Shown here in pieces: positions 41,409 to 54,876 of a stretch of DNA of 64,000 nucleotides. The position numbers were made by a program, and so were the translations under genes. The notes below the pieces were generated by a model. The model did not search any database and was not told the origin of the DNA. It saw nothing but the letters and a program-made list of their open reading frames with translations. Each line of letters begins with the position of its first letter. The first letter of the stretch is position 1. The stretch is from the NCBI GenBank assembly GCA_964016885.1, contig OZ024743.1, positions 338,086,001 to 338,150,000 on the forward strand. Reading direction: 5' to 3'. The stretch is from Eledone cirrhosa. Taxonomy: Eukaryota.

Positions 41409-42139
41409 TATTAAAACGTAAGGAATTTATTTTCTTTTAAATTTCACAAAGAATTAAATGGATGCATACATTGCACGGATATAATTAAATAAAATAGATA
41501 TTGTATCCAAAACAAATAAATAGCAACTCATGCACATAGGTAAGGAAGTTTCGTTTCGGTTTCATCCGACCACTCCACCAACCAGACTACCTTTTGCTTC
41601 CATACCCTCCGCATCCAGATATTAGAAATCGCCGGTTCCAAAATGAGCAACTCGGGTGTCTGTCGGAGTAGGTAAGAAAGGGCTTTCGTCCTCCTGAAAG
41701 TTAAGATATGTATGTATGGTCCCGTAACTCCTGAGGGAGTCGTAGGGCGCCGTATTGACATGTGGCGTTTCTTAGGCATTTTAAGCCTGGCGGAGCCCAT
41801 CCTTCAGCAGGCCTGGGTACAGCAGATTTCTTCATAAGAAAGATAGAAAGTGAGAGAGAGAAATGAGAAAGAGATATTCAGAAAGATTCGACTCTAGTAC
41901 TAGACTGGTACTTTTTTTTATCGACCGACCTCTAAAGGATGAAAGGCAAAGTTGACCTCGGTGGGATTTGAACTCAGAGAGCAAAAAGCCGGAGCGAATA
42001 ACATAAAGCATTCTATCGGAGGTTCTAACAACTCTGCCAATTCACCGCCTGAAGGTGAAGTAGCTCATATCCTATAAAGTGGTTTTCAACAGCAGTCTGT
42101 TTCTTGCATATTTTACATAACTGGGGATCATCTACTTGC

Positions 42140-42405
42140 AAATAGTGAAGGTGTTGGTCTTACGATCATAATGTCATGAGCTCGATTCCGGGACCGGGCT
42201 GTGATTTTGAGCAAAACATTTAATTTCATGTTGTTCCCGTATACTCAGCTGAAAATGAGTATCAGCAGTAGCTGGGGGTTTAACCTTGCGATGAACTGGC
42301 ATCGTGTTCAGTGGGTGGAATAGTCTTATACTCTCAGTCGCTCAACGCCATGGAAAACGGAATAAGCACCGGCCTGGTGAGCCTCCGGGCATGAGACAGA
42401 CTTTT
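42140..42405 (+). mobile_element. tRNA-derived CORE-like SINE family B; further copies at 45241-45515 and 46198-46480
   Basis: Head (T)AGTGG..AGGGTGTTGGACTTACGAT..GTTCGATTCC, central TTGAGCAAAACACTT..TTTCACGTTG.TCCAG.ATACTCAGCTGAAAATGAGTACCAG, and tail GGATAAGCACCGGCC..GAGCCT, shared by three copies. Confidence 0.82.
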
Positions 42406-43819
42406 ATACTTGCAAATCTGCATTTGATATGTTCTTAGGTCTTTTTATAAGTAATTAAAATTAGTACGTACATTTACAGTAGGTAGAGTGTTGACAGCAG
42501 GTGTCTGTTCTACAAAAAGGAAAAAAGAGAGCGAAAAAGAGAGAACGTATTCAGACATTCTTTAGAAGAAAGTATAGTCTTCAACCAATGATATGTCACC
42601 GAAGCGGGAACCATTCACCACCAGCACATAACCTTTCAAGGAAAGCGTTTCAGCTAATTTCTGAGTGAAATCGTAAAACTGATGTAGTCGTAGAGTTGCC
42701 GTTCTGACATACGATGTGTCTTGGGCATTTTAAACCTGACTGAGCCCTTACCATCTACAGGTTTGAACACAGCCGATTTCTTTCGGAGCTGGTAATTTTT
42801 TTTATCGACCTCGAAAAGCAAAGTTGACCTCGGCGATATTTGAACTCATAGAACGCAGAAAACTGGAACGATTGCCGCAAAGCATTCAGTCCAGTGTTCT
42901 AACGACTCAACCAATTCGCCATCTAAATAAATGGATGTCATTGTATGTGCATGTGTGTGTGACAGCTCACACCTATGCAAGGTATATCTCGTTGGAGGTG
43001 TCTTGGGTGATTTAATGATAGGGACCCCAGTCCTATCATCTCATTTCTACAACTGAGTAAACTGGAGCAGCGTGAAATAAAGTGTCTTGCTCAAGGAAAC
43101 AACACATCACCCGGTCCGATAATTAAACTCACAACCTTTCCGTTGCAAGCCCAATGCTCTAACCACTAAGCCATGTGCCTTCATTGTATATATATAATTG
43201 TTTCTACTTTTGGCACAATGCCAGCAATTATCCAGTACATTACTGGTACTTTATTTTATCGACCCCGTAAGGATGAAAGGCGAAGTTAACCTCGGCAGTG
43301 TTTAATTAGTGTTTAATTAGACACAAGGCCAGTAGTCTGGAAAGGCTGGTTCTTTGATTTATCAAATCCAAAAGGGTGAAAGACAAAGTTAACATTTGCC
43401 AGATTTGAACTCAGAATGTAGAGGGTCGTAACAAAATATCACAAAGCAATTTTTCCGATACTTTAACGTATCTGCCACCCCAGTGGCGTCCGACCAAGGT
43501 CTGTATAATGATTTCTAATTTCGGTACAAAGCCAGTAATTTTTAGAAAAGGGGAAAGTCTCTCCCAGTACTTTATTGGTACTTTATTTTATCGACCCCAG
43601 AAGATTGAAAGGTAAATATGACCTCGGTAGGATTTGAACACAGAATCTAAAGCGCCGTAACTACGTATATGTCGCAAAGCATTTTCTCCGGTGCTCTAAC
43701 TATACTGATAATCCACCGCCCTTTATTAAGGTATATGCGATGATATAGGCTTAATCGAGACCGGAAGTGCATAGAACAGTTGCCAAAAGTACGTTTTACT
43801 ATTGCCACCAAAGCACATA

Positions 43820-44470
43820 ACCGGCGTTTCCTTGAGGCTCGGCCTTCAGATCTACGAGCCACACCAATGTCGCTGCGGATCCACCGTGGATTCTTTCGGC
43901 CGTCACCCGCTTTCCTGTCGCCACAGCGCCGGCCGCCTTTCACGCCATGCTGCCCTCAACGAGGTCATAAAGCATGGCTTGGACGCTGCAGGCTTCCCTT
44001 CCCAGCTTGAGCTGATGGGGTTGGATCGAGGGGACGGCAAAAGACCAGATGACATGACCATCTTCCCGTTCCGCGGTGGCAAGCCCCTCGTCTGGGATGC
44101 CACTTGCACCGACACTTTCTGCAGTCGCAACCTGGTGCAGTCTGCGACTAACCCAGGTTCTGCTGCACGTCGGGCTGAGAAGGCCAAACTCCTCAAATAC
44201 CGGTCGCTCTCCGACAGGTTTGCGGTTGTACCCCTGGCAGTGGAGACTTCTGGTGTCCTCGGCCCCAGGGCTACCTCCCTACTCACCACCATAGGCGCTG
44301 AGCTGGCCAGCCGCAGGTGTGAGCCCGCGAGTTGGAGTGGCTTTTCCAGCGCGTCTCCCTTGCCGTCCTCCGGGGAAACGCCTTCTCCATTCTGTCCGCC
44401 GGGGCTGTGGGAAGCCCTATCGCGTACCATTCCATATTTAAGTATGGTCGACAAGAAATACTTCTAATTC
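43820..44470 (+). mobile_element. 3' fragment of a CRE-clade (restriction-like endonuclease) non-LTR retrotransposon
   Basis: A GC-rich island. The ORF shows LRLG, Zn-knuckle CRCG..HPLSC, RHAALN, KRPDD..WDAT, AEKAK..KY and PLAVETSG. After a frameshift at ~44325 it reads LFQRVSLAVLRGNA, the typical CRE C-terminus. Confidence 0.85.
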
Positions 44471-45713
44471 ATTTCAGATATTCATCCGATAAAATGTAAT
44501 TCTATAGAAATGTGTAATTGGTATAACTGGAATGAAGCAGCCATCTCTGTAAAAAAAGGATAGTCATACAGAGCCGCATTGTTGACATGACTCACTAGGT
44601 TGAAGTCTACACAGCAGTTTTATTTATATTTATTTATTATTATTTATTTATACTGCCAATCCACCGAGGCGGTGGATTGGCAGTATCGGTAGAGGGTCGG
44701 ACGCCATGCTTTCCAGCATAGTTACGTCCCTTTACGATCGGAGTTCAAATCCCGCCGAGGTTGACTTTGCCTTTCATCCTTACGGGGTCGATAAAATAAA
44801 GTACCAGTAATGCACTGGGTAATTGCTGGCCTTGTGCCTAAAGTAGAAACAATTATTTATTTATTTATTGTTAGGGAGGTGGATTGGCAGTATCGGTAGA
44901 GTGCCGGACACCGTGTTTTGCAGCACAGAGTCATGTCCCTTTACATTCTGATTTCAAATCCCGCCGAGCTTAGCTTTGCCTTTCATCCTTACGAGGTTGA
45001 TAAAATAAGTACCAGTAATGAACTGGGTCGATTTAATCGACTTTCCCCTCCCCCAAAATTGCTGGCCCTGTGCCTAAAGTAGAACCAATTTTATTTATTG
45101 TTGTTACGTGTTCAATTACTGTTGAGATCATATTTGCCTTAGAAGAAGTTAGGTGAAAGATTGCAAGTTGTGGTCCGAAATACCCGGAAGACTAGAAGGG
45201 AACCCGACTATGGGTTAATACAGCTCCGTAGAATATAACGTGGAGGCACATGGCCTAGTGGAGAGGGTGTTGGACTTACGATTATAATGTCGTGGGTTCG
45301 ATTCCTGAGTTGCGTGTTGTGTTCTTGAGCAAAACACTTTCATTTCACGTTGATCCAGTATACTCAGCTGAAAATGAGTACCAGCTATAGATGGGTGTTT
45401 AACCCTGTGATGGACTGGCGTCCTGTCCAGGGGGAAGTCTTATACTCTCAGTCGCTTCATGCTCTGAAACCGGGATAAGCACCGACCAAATGAGCCTTCT
45501 GGCTTAAGACAAGAAAAGAAAAAAGAAAAAACAGAATATAACAACACTAGAATCTATAAATATTGTTAGAATATTCTCTCACAGTATTTGATAATCTTGA
45601 ACATTGTAAACTATGTCTTCCGACATGGGACTGATTCTTGCTTGATTTACTGATTTATTTATTTGTATGATGGAATTCTAGGATTTGTTTCTCAGCCCCA
45701 TGAATGATAAAGA

Positions 45714-45755
<42 letters not shown>

Positions 45756-45774
45756 CACCACCACTACCACCATC

Positions 45775-45830
<56 letters not shown>

Positions 45831-45858
45831 CACCACTACCACCATCACCACCATCACC

Positions 45859-45905
<47 letters not shown>

Positions 45906-45930
45906 CACCACCACCACTACCACCATCATC

Positions 45931-45974
<44 letters not shown>

Positions 45975-45984
45975 CGCCACTACC

Positions 45985-46031
<47 letters not shown>

Positions 46032-46095
46032 CACCACCACTACCACCATCACCACCGCTACTACTACTACTACTACTACTGCCACTACCACCACC

Positions 46096-46158
<63 letters not shown>

Positions 46159-46195
46159 GCGACGACGACGACGACAACTTCTACTACTACTACCA
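45714..46195. repeat. Compound (CTA)n/(CCA)n trinucleotide array with ~55-66-bp super-period
   Basis: Directly visible. It gives the poly-T/L/P/V/S/G ORFs. Confidence 0.95.
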
Positions 46196-47609
46196 GTAGA
46201 GGCGCGTGCCCTAGTGGTAAGGGTGTTGGACTTACGATCATAATGTTGATTCGATTCCTGAGCTGGGTTCTGTGTTATGTTCTTGAGCAAAACACTTCAT
46301 TTCACGTTGTTCCAGAATACTCAACTGAAAATGAGTACCAGTTATAGATCGGTGTTTAACCTTGTGATGGACTGGTGACCTGTCCAGGGGGCGGGGAGTC
46401 TTGTTTTCTCAGTAGCCTCACGCCACGAAACTGGAATAAGCACCGGCCTGACTAGCCTCCTGGCTTGAGACAGACTTGAGATTAAAACTACTACTACTTA
46501 TAATAATTGTTTCTACTTTTGGCACAAGACCAGCAATTACCCAGTGGATTACTGGTACTTTATTTTATCGACCCCGTAAGGATGAAAAGCAAAATGTTTT
46601 CTAATATTGGCCCAAGGCCACTAATTTTGAGGGAGGTAACAATCGTTTACTTCGACACCGGAAGGATAAAATATCAAGTTCACCTCGGTGTGATTTCAAC
46701 TCAGAACGTAAAGAGCCAAAACAAATACTGCTGGGCATTTGTCCGAAGCTTTAACGATTCAACCAATTCACCTCCAGTAATAATTCTTTCTAGCATTAGC
46801 ACAAGGCCAATAATTTGTTGGAGGGACAAGTCAATTATATCGACCCCAGTACTTGACTGGTACTTTATTTTATCGACCCCAGAAGGATGAAAAGCAAAGT
46901 TGATCTCGGCATGATTTGAACTCACAACGTAAAGAGTCGGAACAAATACTACTAAGCATTTGTCCGACGCTCGAACGATTCTGCAAAAGTGGAAGGGGTA
47001 ACATGAAATGCCAGGCCCCAACAAGATCGAATTATTTATATGTAACCTCTAATTGGAGAACTTGGAAAATATCGGTCGGTTACAACAATGAGTGTTCCAG
47101 TTTTTAGATCAACTGAACTGCTCGTGAAATTAACGTACATGAGTCAGAGCGTTCCACAGATTCGTGTATCTTTAACGTAGTTCTCAGGGAGATTCAGCCT
47201 GACATAATGTGTGACAAGGCTAGCTCTTTGAATCACAGGTACATTTTCTCCGACTTAATGGACTACAGCAACCTGAAATAAAGTGCCTTGCTCACGGACA
47301 CAACACATCCCTGAGTATCGACCTCACGGCCGGCATTACAATTATAAGCCGAGAACCCTAACTACTAAACCATACGCGCTTACGAATTAAGAATAAAAGA
47401 GGTTAGATACTGAAATATCTTGCACAAGGATACAACATACGGCTATGTGTTGACACCGTTTGTAAAACCGAGCACTCTAGCCACTAGGCCACACACCTTC
47501 ATGAATTGAGAGTAAAATAGGTTAAAATATTGAAAGAATGGGGAAAGAGTAAAATAGATTGTCGAAAGTTTGGGAGGAAAGAGAGATGAAACGTCACTCC
47601 ACGTCTCAC

Positions 47610-47673
<64 letters not shown>

Positions 47674-47797
47674 ATGTGTGTGTCTCTCTGTATGTGTGGT
47701 TGTGTCTAAGAGGCTCACATCATCTTCTATAGCTTTTCCTGCCACTCCACCTTTTCTACCTACCTATCTACATACCAACTAGATAACTAGACAGACA

Positions 47798-47839
<42 letters not shown>

Positions 47840-49097
47840 TATATATATATATACACACACAAAGTATCTGCCGATGAGTGTATTCAGTTTGGGGGTGGGA
47901 ATGGGTGGTGGACAAAATCAGGGATGATGGTGATATTAATTTCTCATATTTCTAACACAAGGCCTCACATTTCTTTGTCGGGGATGGGTTTATACCGTCG
48001 ATTAAATCGGCTCCTGTACTTGACTGCCGTTTAATTCATTGATGGTGACCCCTGGAAAGATGAATGGCAAGGTCAAACAATAATTGTTTCTACTTTTGGC
48101 TCAAGGCCAGCAATATCTCCCAATGCATTACTGGTGCTTTATTTTTTTTACCCTGTAAGGAAGAAAGGCAAAGTTAACCTCGGCGGGATTTGACCTCAGA
48201 ACGTAAAGGATCATAACTCTATGCTGCAAAGCTTGGTCTCTGACTCTCTACCGATACTGCCAAAATCAAATAATAATAATGAATTTTAATATAGACTGTA
48301 GAGGGCAGGCCTGAGGCCAGGTTTTGGAGCTCAATGGGGTTCGGGGGCCTTCTGAGCATACTGGGTCGATACCCTTTCGCAAGGAACCTATTTCAGGACG
48401 TTTTATAAACTCCCTTTTTTAATTAGATTAGAAGTAACACTAACATTGCTTGGTTCATAACTTGGGTGTATATGAAAGCATATGCGTTATGTTTATGTAT
48501 AATACACTTACGAGAGTCTCAGCTTTCTCAGTAGCCGTTGAGAATGCCAGACAGCTGTTTTGGGGGATTTTTATCTGTCATTTGTGACATTTACTCTATT
48601 TTTTAAATCTGTGGGTGTACCCTTGAAAGGTAGGGTGGAGTGCCATCCTGTGCCTCCCTCTCCTTTTTGGTGACAGATATGGTACAACGTCTGACAAATT
48701 TGGGGTGCATGGGGTGTGCTGGAGAGAGAGGGCTGAACAGTCAATTATATAGACCCTAAGTACTTGACAGATACTTTATTTCATCGTCCGCCTTCCCCCT
48801 CCCCCGCCACCACCACTCGGAAGGATGATAGGCACAATCGACAAATAATAATAATAATTGTTTCTACTTTTGGCACAAGGCCAGCAGATCACCAGTGTAT
48901 TACTAGTACTTTATTTTATCGACCCCGTAAGGATGAAAGGCAAAGTTAACCTCGGCGGGATTTGAACTCAGAATGGCAAGGGCCGTAACTCAATGCGTCA
49001 AAGCATGGCGTCCGACCCTCTACCGATACTGCCAATCCATACCCAAATAATAATAATAATGATAAATATGATATTGAAGATGAAATCTTTTCTGCAT

Positions 49098-49235
<138 letters not shown>

Positions 49236-49815
49236 AAAGATAGCGGAGATAGATAGATTGATAATCAGGCAGACAAGAAAAATAGGTAAGGTACTCAAGG
49301 AGAGTTTATGCCGGTAAAAGTAGACCGATAAAAGACTGATCAATGAATGGACAAAGTTGATGGTTAATGGCGGTACAGAGACATACAGACAGAGGGAGAG
49401 ATAAGTAAGGTATAAGAGATAGAGACAGATGGACTGACGGAAGAATAATGGAGACAGAGCAACAGTTAGATTGACTCAGGTGATTAAAGAAGAAGAGGAA
49501 ACGGGCGGAAAGAATGTGAAAATTGTAAGATAAAGACTGAAGATTCTTGAATAAAGATAGAAAGCATATATTTAATCTGTTTTATTGTTTTGTCGTAGTT
49601 TTCTCTGTATTTATGATTTTGTTATTGTTGTTGTTGTTGTTGCTGTTTTGTTGTATCTGTTTTGGATTTGTTTTTGTTTCATAATAACTGAGCAATTACG
49701 AATATATGTGTACATGTGCCTATGTATGTGGGTATGCATATGTGTGCGTGTACGTCATATGCATGTAAACGTATTGTGGAATGTGTTTCTATTATGCCAC
49801 ACTACTCACACATGC

Positions 49816-49850
<35 letters not shown>

Positions 49851-49854
49851 TTGT

Positions 49855-49939
<85 letters not shown>

Positions 49940-50369
49940 CGTGTGTGTGTGTGTGCGCGCGTGTGCGTGTGTGGGTGTGTGTGTGGGTGTGTGTGTGTGG
50001 GTGTGTGTGTGTGTGTGTGTGTGTGAATTTTACATAGACAGAAGTATATTTCTGGTGCAGTTTAGCGTGCTTACATGTTTAATTTTATGAGCAAGAATTA
50101 ACGAGGAAAAAAAAGGTAACGAGGAAAGAGAGGGGGAAGAAATAGAGGGAGAAACTGAGGTGGGAGATAGTGAGAGAGGAAGAGAGAGAAAAAAAATAAG
50201 TAAAAGATAGAAACAGTTCTGCCTGCTTTCTGCCCAACCCACATAGCGTTAACTAAAACAGTAGCAGCCCATACCATCTTTGACTTGAAGAACTATCGTG
50301 TTACCATACCAAACTCTATCCTCACATCACCTTGCCATGAAAACGTAAAAAAAAAAGACTACCGGTTGG

Positions 50370-50465
50370 TTACGCCACCTGGTGGCCGTTCCCTCATTGC
50401 CGTATAAATACGTAGCTCTTCAGCTATTTAAGACATCAGATTTTGGGCGTTCGGATTAGTCTGCT
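50370..50465 (+). promoter_or_regulatory. Putative core promoter: GCCACCTGGTGGCC (E-box / CTCF-like), TATAAATA (50403), TATTTAA (50425), Inr-like TTAGTC (~50456)
   Basis: Unique non-repetitive sequence immediately upstream of the exon. The TATTTAA-to-TTAGTC spacing is ~31 bp. Further E-boxes are CAGGTG (50474) and CAGCTG (50493). Confidence 0.55.
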
Positions 50466-50622
50466 AATTTTATCAGGTGGTAAGCTCTGTGCCAGCTGAG
50501 TATTTGCTGTATCCCCCTCCATTTCGGCTTGAAATTGCTGAAAGATAATAAATAGATTGAAAATCTATTTTCATTGAAATTTGTATTATTCTTGAGTAAG
50601 CAAGTCCTTTAAACCAGAAACC

Positions 50623-50715
50623 ATGGACATAGATTCTGACGTTACAGTTAAACGTACTTTCCGTCGTTATGAGGTGTACAGGGGTCAGTCTCCAACCAGT
50701 CAAAGTAGGACTGAG
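50623..50715 (+). CDS. Prm: First coding exon of a probable paramyosin (MDIDSDVTVKRTFRRYEVYRGQSPTSQSRTE), followed by a phase-0 intron
   Basis: Strong Kozak context AAACCATGG, 31 codons, then a perfect donor GAG|GTAAGT. The VYRGxSP.....RxE pattern matches my recollection of the non-helical head of mollusc/flatworm paramyosins. I did not recognise exon 2 in the window. Confidence 0.72.
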
Positions 50716-50952
50716 GTAAGTGTCTTTTTGTTTTTTTGTACAATATTTATTGATGTTGTTGTCGTTGTTGATGTCGTCGTTATGATTGTCTTTTTGCCAG
50801 TCGCAACTTTCACCACTGCTTATTGATTTCGTTGATCATTTAGTGTTACACTTCCTAATTTTATTCGTGTGGTTTTCATTATAGTAAAGCTTTTCCTGTA
50901 TTATATATATATAATAAATATATACATATATATATATACATATATATATTTA

Positions 50953-51053
<101 letters not shown>

Positions 51054-51120
51054 CTATACAGTCATCTATACATATTACATACATATATATATATACACAC
51101 ATATCTATATATATATGTAT

Positions 51121-51156
<36 letters not shown>

Positions 51157-51165
51157 AGCGGAGCA

Positions 51166-51197
<32 letters not shown>

Positions 51198-52154
51198 CAT
51201 ACATATAATATCTACATACATATACACATATAATATATACATACATATAAACATATAATATATACATACATAGATATAATATATACATACATATAATAAA
51301 TACATACATATATACACATATAATATATTCATATATATATGCAGATATATTAAAAGAAAACTGAGAAAATGATGATATTTAACAAAATATTTTAAGAAAA
51401 AACTATATAATAAAATGCACGCAGTTAATCAAATTGAAGATTTTTTTCATAATGATTTTTAAAAAATATACGGAGAATTACACAACTTTCGGATTTTTTG
51501 GATAAATGGATATACATGCATTCCGACTTTACTTTATCTTGACAACAAATGATTACGATGTGAATAATATACTGTGAAAACAATATCAAGAACTCCTAAA
51601 CCAATATTTGGGAACTATCACCCAATCTTGCCTTTGGCAGCATTCTTAAAAAAGTCATGAAAGCAAATTTCCAAAAATGGATTTCAATTTTTTTTTCTCT
51701 CCCAAAATCCCAAGCTAGCTTTTGAGCACCAAATTCATTGACGTAAATGGTAAAATGTTAGACCGGATGTTTCTGATATCTGCTTTGATGCCTCTAGTTT
51801 CCGTTTCCAAGTCTTAAAGAGAATTCCATTTTGTCTTTCAATCCCCTGATCCGGGGTGAAGGAAATCAGAAGGGGTCTCGATACTAGAATCGACTAACGT
51901 TTTAATAGAGGGAACCTCGGCTTGCTATAGATAGCAGGTAATTCTCCCTCAAATCATACCCGTTAAAAAGTAAGAACACATAGGACAATTTAGTCCCTGA
52001 TAACCAAAAGATACAATGCCCGTAGCTGGATTGACTTTAATCATAGCTGATCTGGGGTTAAACAAAATCAAAAACACCAACCAGAAGTGGAAAGAGAAAA
52101 AGATGAGGGAGAGAAAATAAAATAGAAAAAGAGAACCTAAGTAAGAGAAAAAGG

Positions 52155-52185
<31 letters not shown>

Positions 52186-52837
52186 TGGACATAAAATTCG
52201 AGGTGCTGTCATGAAATATAAATTTGCGTTCAGCAATAACGAAACACAGTTTTATAAAGTAGCTTCATTATGAAGTCCTGTCAATCATTTATGAATCATT
52301 TGTTTTCTCCATAAATATAAAAAAAAAAAATAATCTCTTCTAAATCATTGAAGAGATCAATTTGATTATCTATCCTCTCAAAATGGAAGGACACATATAT
52401 ACACACACATACACACATACACACATCTACACATGCACTCACACGCACAACAGCGCGCCTAGATGGGGCACGCGCATTGCTATACACAAACACACAGCAA
52501 GTAATTAAAATGAAAATCCACACGTGTATCATTTGTTTTTATTGTTGGAGTGTTTTTATTTCTGTTTTTTATTTGTTGTTCGTCATAATTGTTTTGCACA
52601 ACTATAGTACACGTTAGTGCTTTATATGTTAGCTTGGCTTTCGATGTAAACCATCCACCATCCACTGCACCAACATGCACCACCAGTATGCATACATACA
52701 TGATAAATGCACCCTACGTAACACTATTACACCCTGCTACACATTGAACTAAAACAGTTGCTGCTAAGGTCTGAATTTTAATACTAGCATTTATATACTC
52801 ACGTAATATATTTTAAATTTAAATAATGATGATGATC

Positions 52838-52872
<35 letters not shown>

Positions 52873-53165
52873 TTTTCTAACATTGGCATAAGGCCAGCAA
52901 TTTGGAGAGTAAAATAAATTACATCGACCCTAGTATTAAACTGGTACCTGAAGGATGAAAGAAAAGTTGACCTCGGCGGGGGTCATTACAGATAGTTAAT
53001 TCGTTTAACACTGCAACAGCAAGTTCTGTCAGTCTTATAAATAAATAAATTTAATCCTTCAGATTACACACATATGTATATATACAAACATAGAATTTGA
53101 TTGCTTCGACTACAAGAGAGGCTGAAGCGGAGAATAGATGCTTGTATTCGTTTTCCAAGTACCCA

Positions 53166-53221
<56 letters not shown>

Positions 53222-53224
<3 letters not shown>

Positions 53225-53422
53225 GTAAGTAAGACCCCGACGGCTGAGCTCAAGCCGTTTCGACGGCTAATTCTGTACAATTGAGTACAGAATTAGCCGT
53301 CGAAACGGCTTGAGCTCAGTCGTCGGGGTCTTACTTACTCCTATTACCCACTCTACTACCCTAAGTATTGAGTACTTTGGTGCGTTATGGTCCACCTGGT
53401 TCCTTACCACTTTTCCTTCGCT
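53222..53422. mobile_element. P1 fold-back mini-element in (TA)n, with a partial left arm and a full right arm
   Basis: Palindrome centred at ~53281 with GAAACGGCTTGAGCTCAGTCGTCGGGGTC. The right arm is homologous to 16980-17116. Confidence 0.8.
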
Positions 53423-53633
53423 ATATATATATATATATATATATATGGGAAAAAGTTTCATGTATCAGCTTTTTGTGGGCTACTTCCAGAGAAGTACAGA
53501 AATAATGGATTATGTAATTATATAGATTTCATAGGCCGCTTACCTAACGAATTGAAACACATCTAGGACTTTCCAATATTCCAATAAAGGAATCATTGAA
53601 TATCAGGAAATATGCATTGTTTTCCTATTAACC

Positions 53634-53743
<110 letters not shown>

Positions 53744-53979
53744 GTAATAGCTAGAGAGGCTAATGCGACTGAGATTAGGTAACAGTACAATTGCTTTTAT
53801 TAAATGAGAATAGAATCTATGAAGCCGAATTAAAAGACCGGCTATGTCTGGAAGTTCAGCAAAAGCAGCAGCAGCAAATACATCCTAAGTACTTACATAT
53901 ATACACGTCTATACATTTACATGACAGCTTTTAATCTCAAACAATACATACATACATACATGCATACGTACACACCTGC

Positions 53980-54068
<89 letters not shown>

Positions 54069-54077
54069 CACACGCAC

Positions 54078-54111
<34 letters not shown>

Positions 54112-54113
54112 TT

Positions 54114-54148
<35 letters not shown>

Positions 54149-54155
54149 GTGTGTA

Positions 54156-54262
<107 letters not shown>

Positions 54263-54307
54263 CATACATATATATATAGTAAGTAGAAAGGCATATAAAT
54301 ATATGCC

Positions 54308-54368
<61 letters not shown>

Positions 54369-54793
54369 ACACAGGCACACCTTTTTTACGCACTTTACGC
54401 AACTGCACCTCACCGCTTCTCTCTCGCCCTTTCCATTCCATTCACATTGCATCTCCAGTTCATAAAACTGTTTGAAAAAGAAAATAGTAATAAATTAACT
54501 AACAGTTTTATTTTTGGCATAAAACACAAATAAATTCGTTTTAGCCATTCGAAATCACACAAAAATCTTTACATTTCTTTCTCGGTGTGAATATTTTCGT
54601 CTCACTGTTTGTGACCTGGTCACTGCATAAAGAATTTTGACACCAAGAATTAAATGATAACGGTAAAGGTTAATAGTTTTTGTGTGTTCTTTGAATGACT
54701 GAAATGGTTCTTCCGCGATATAATTGCTTTAGTTTCAATATAAGTCTAAGATGAAATCACTTGCTAGGCAAGTACACTGAAACATAAAATTTC

Positions 54794-54876
<83 letters not shown>

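Noticed and set aside
45241-45310. tRNA genes at SINE heads
   Set aside because: A/B boxes are present, but they continue into SINE bodies and tails and do not form a clean cloverleaf.
50716-50826. C-terminal hydrophobic half of the 67-aa ORF as a transmembrane peptide
   Set aside because: It lies after a consensus GTAAGT donor and is (GTT)-rich intron read-through.
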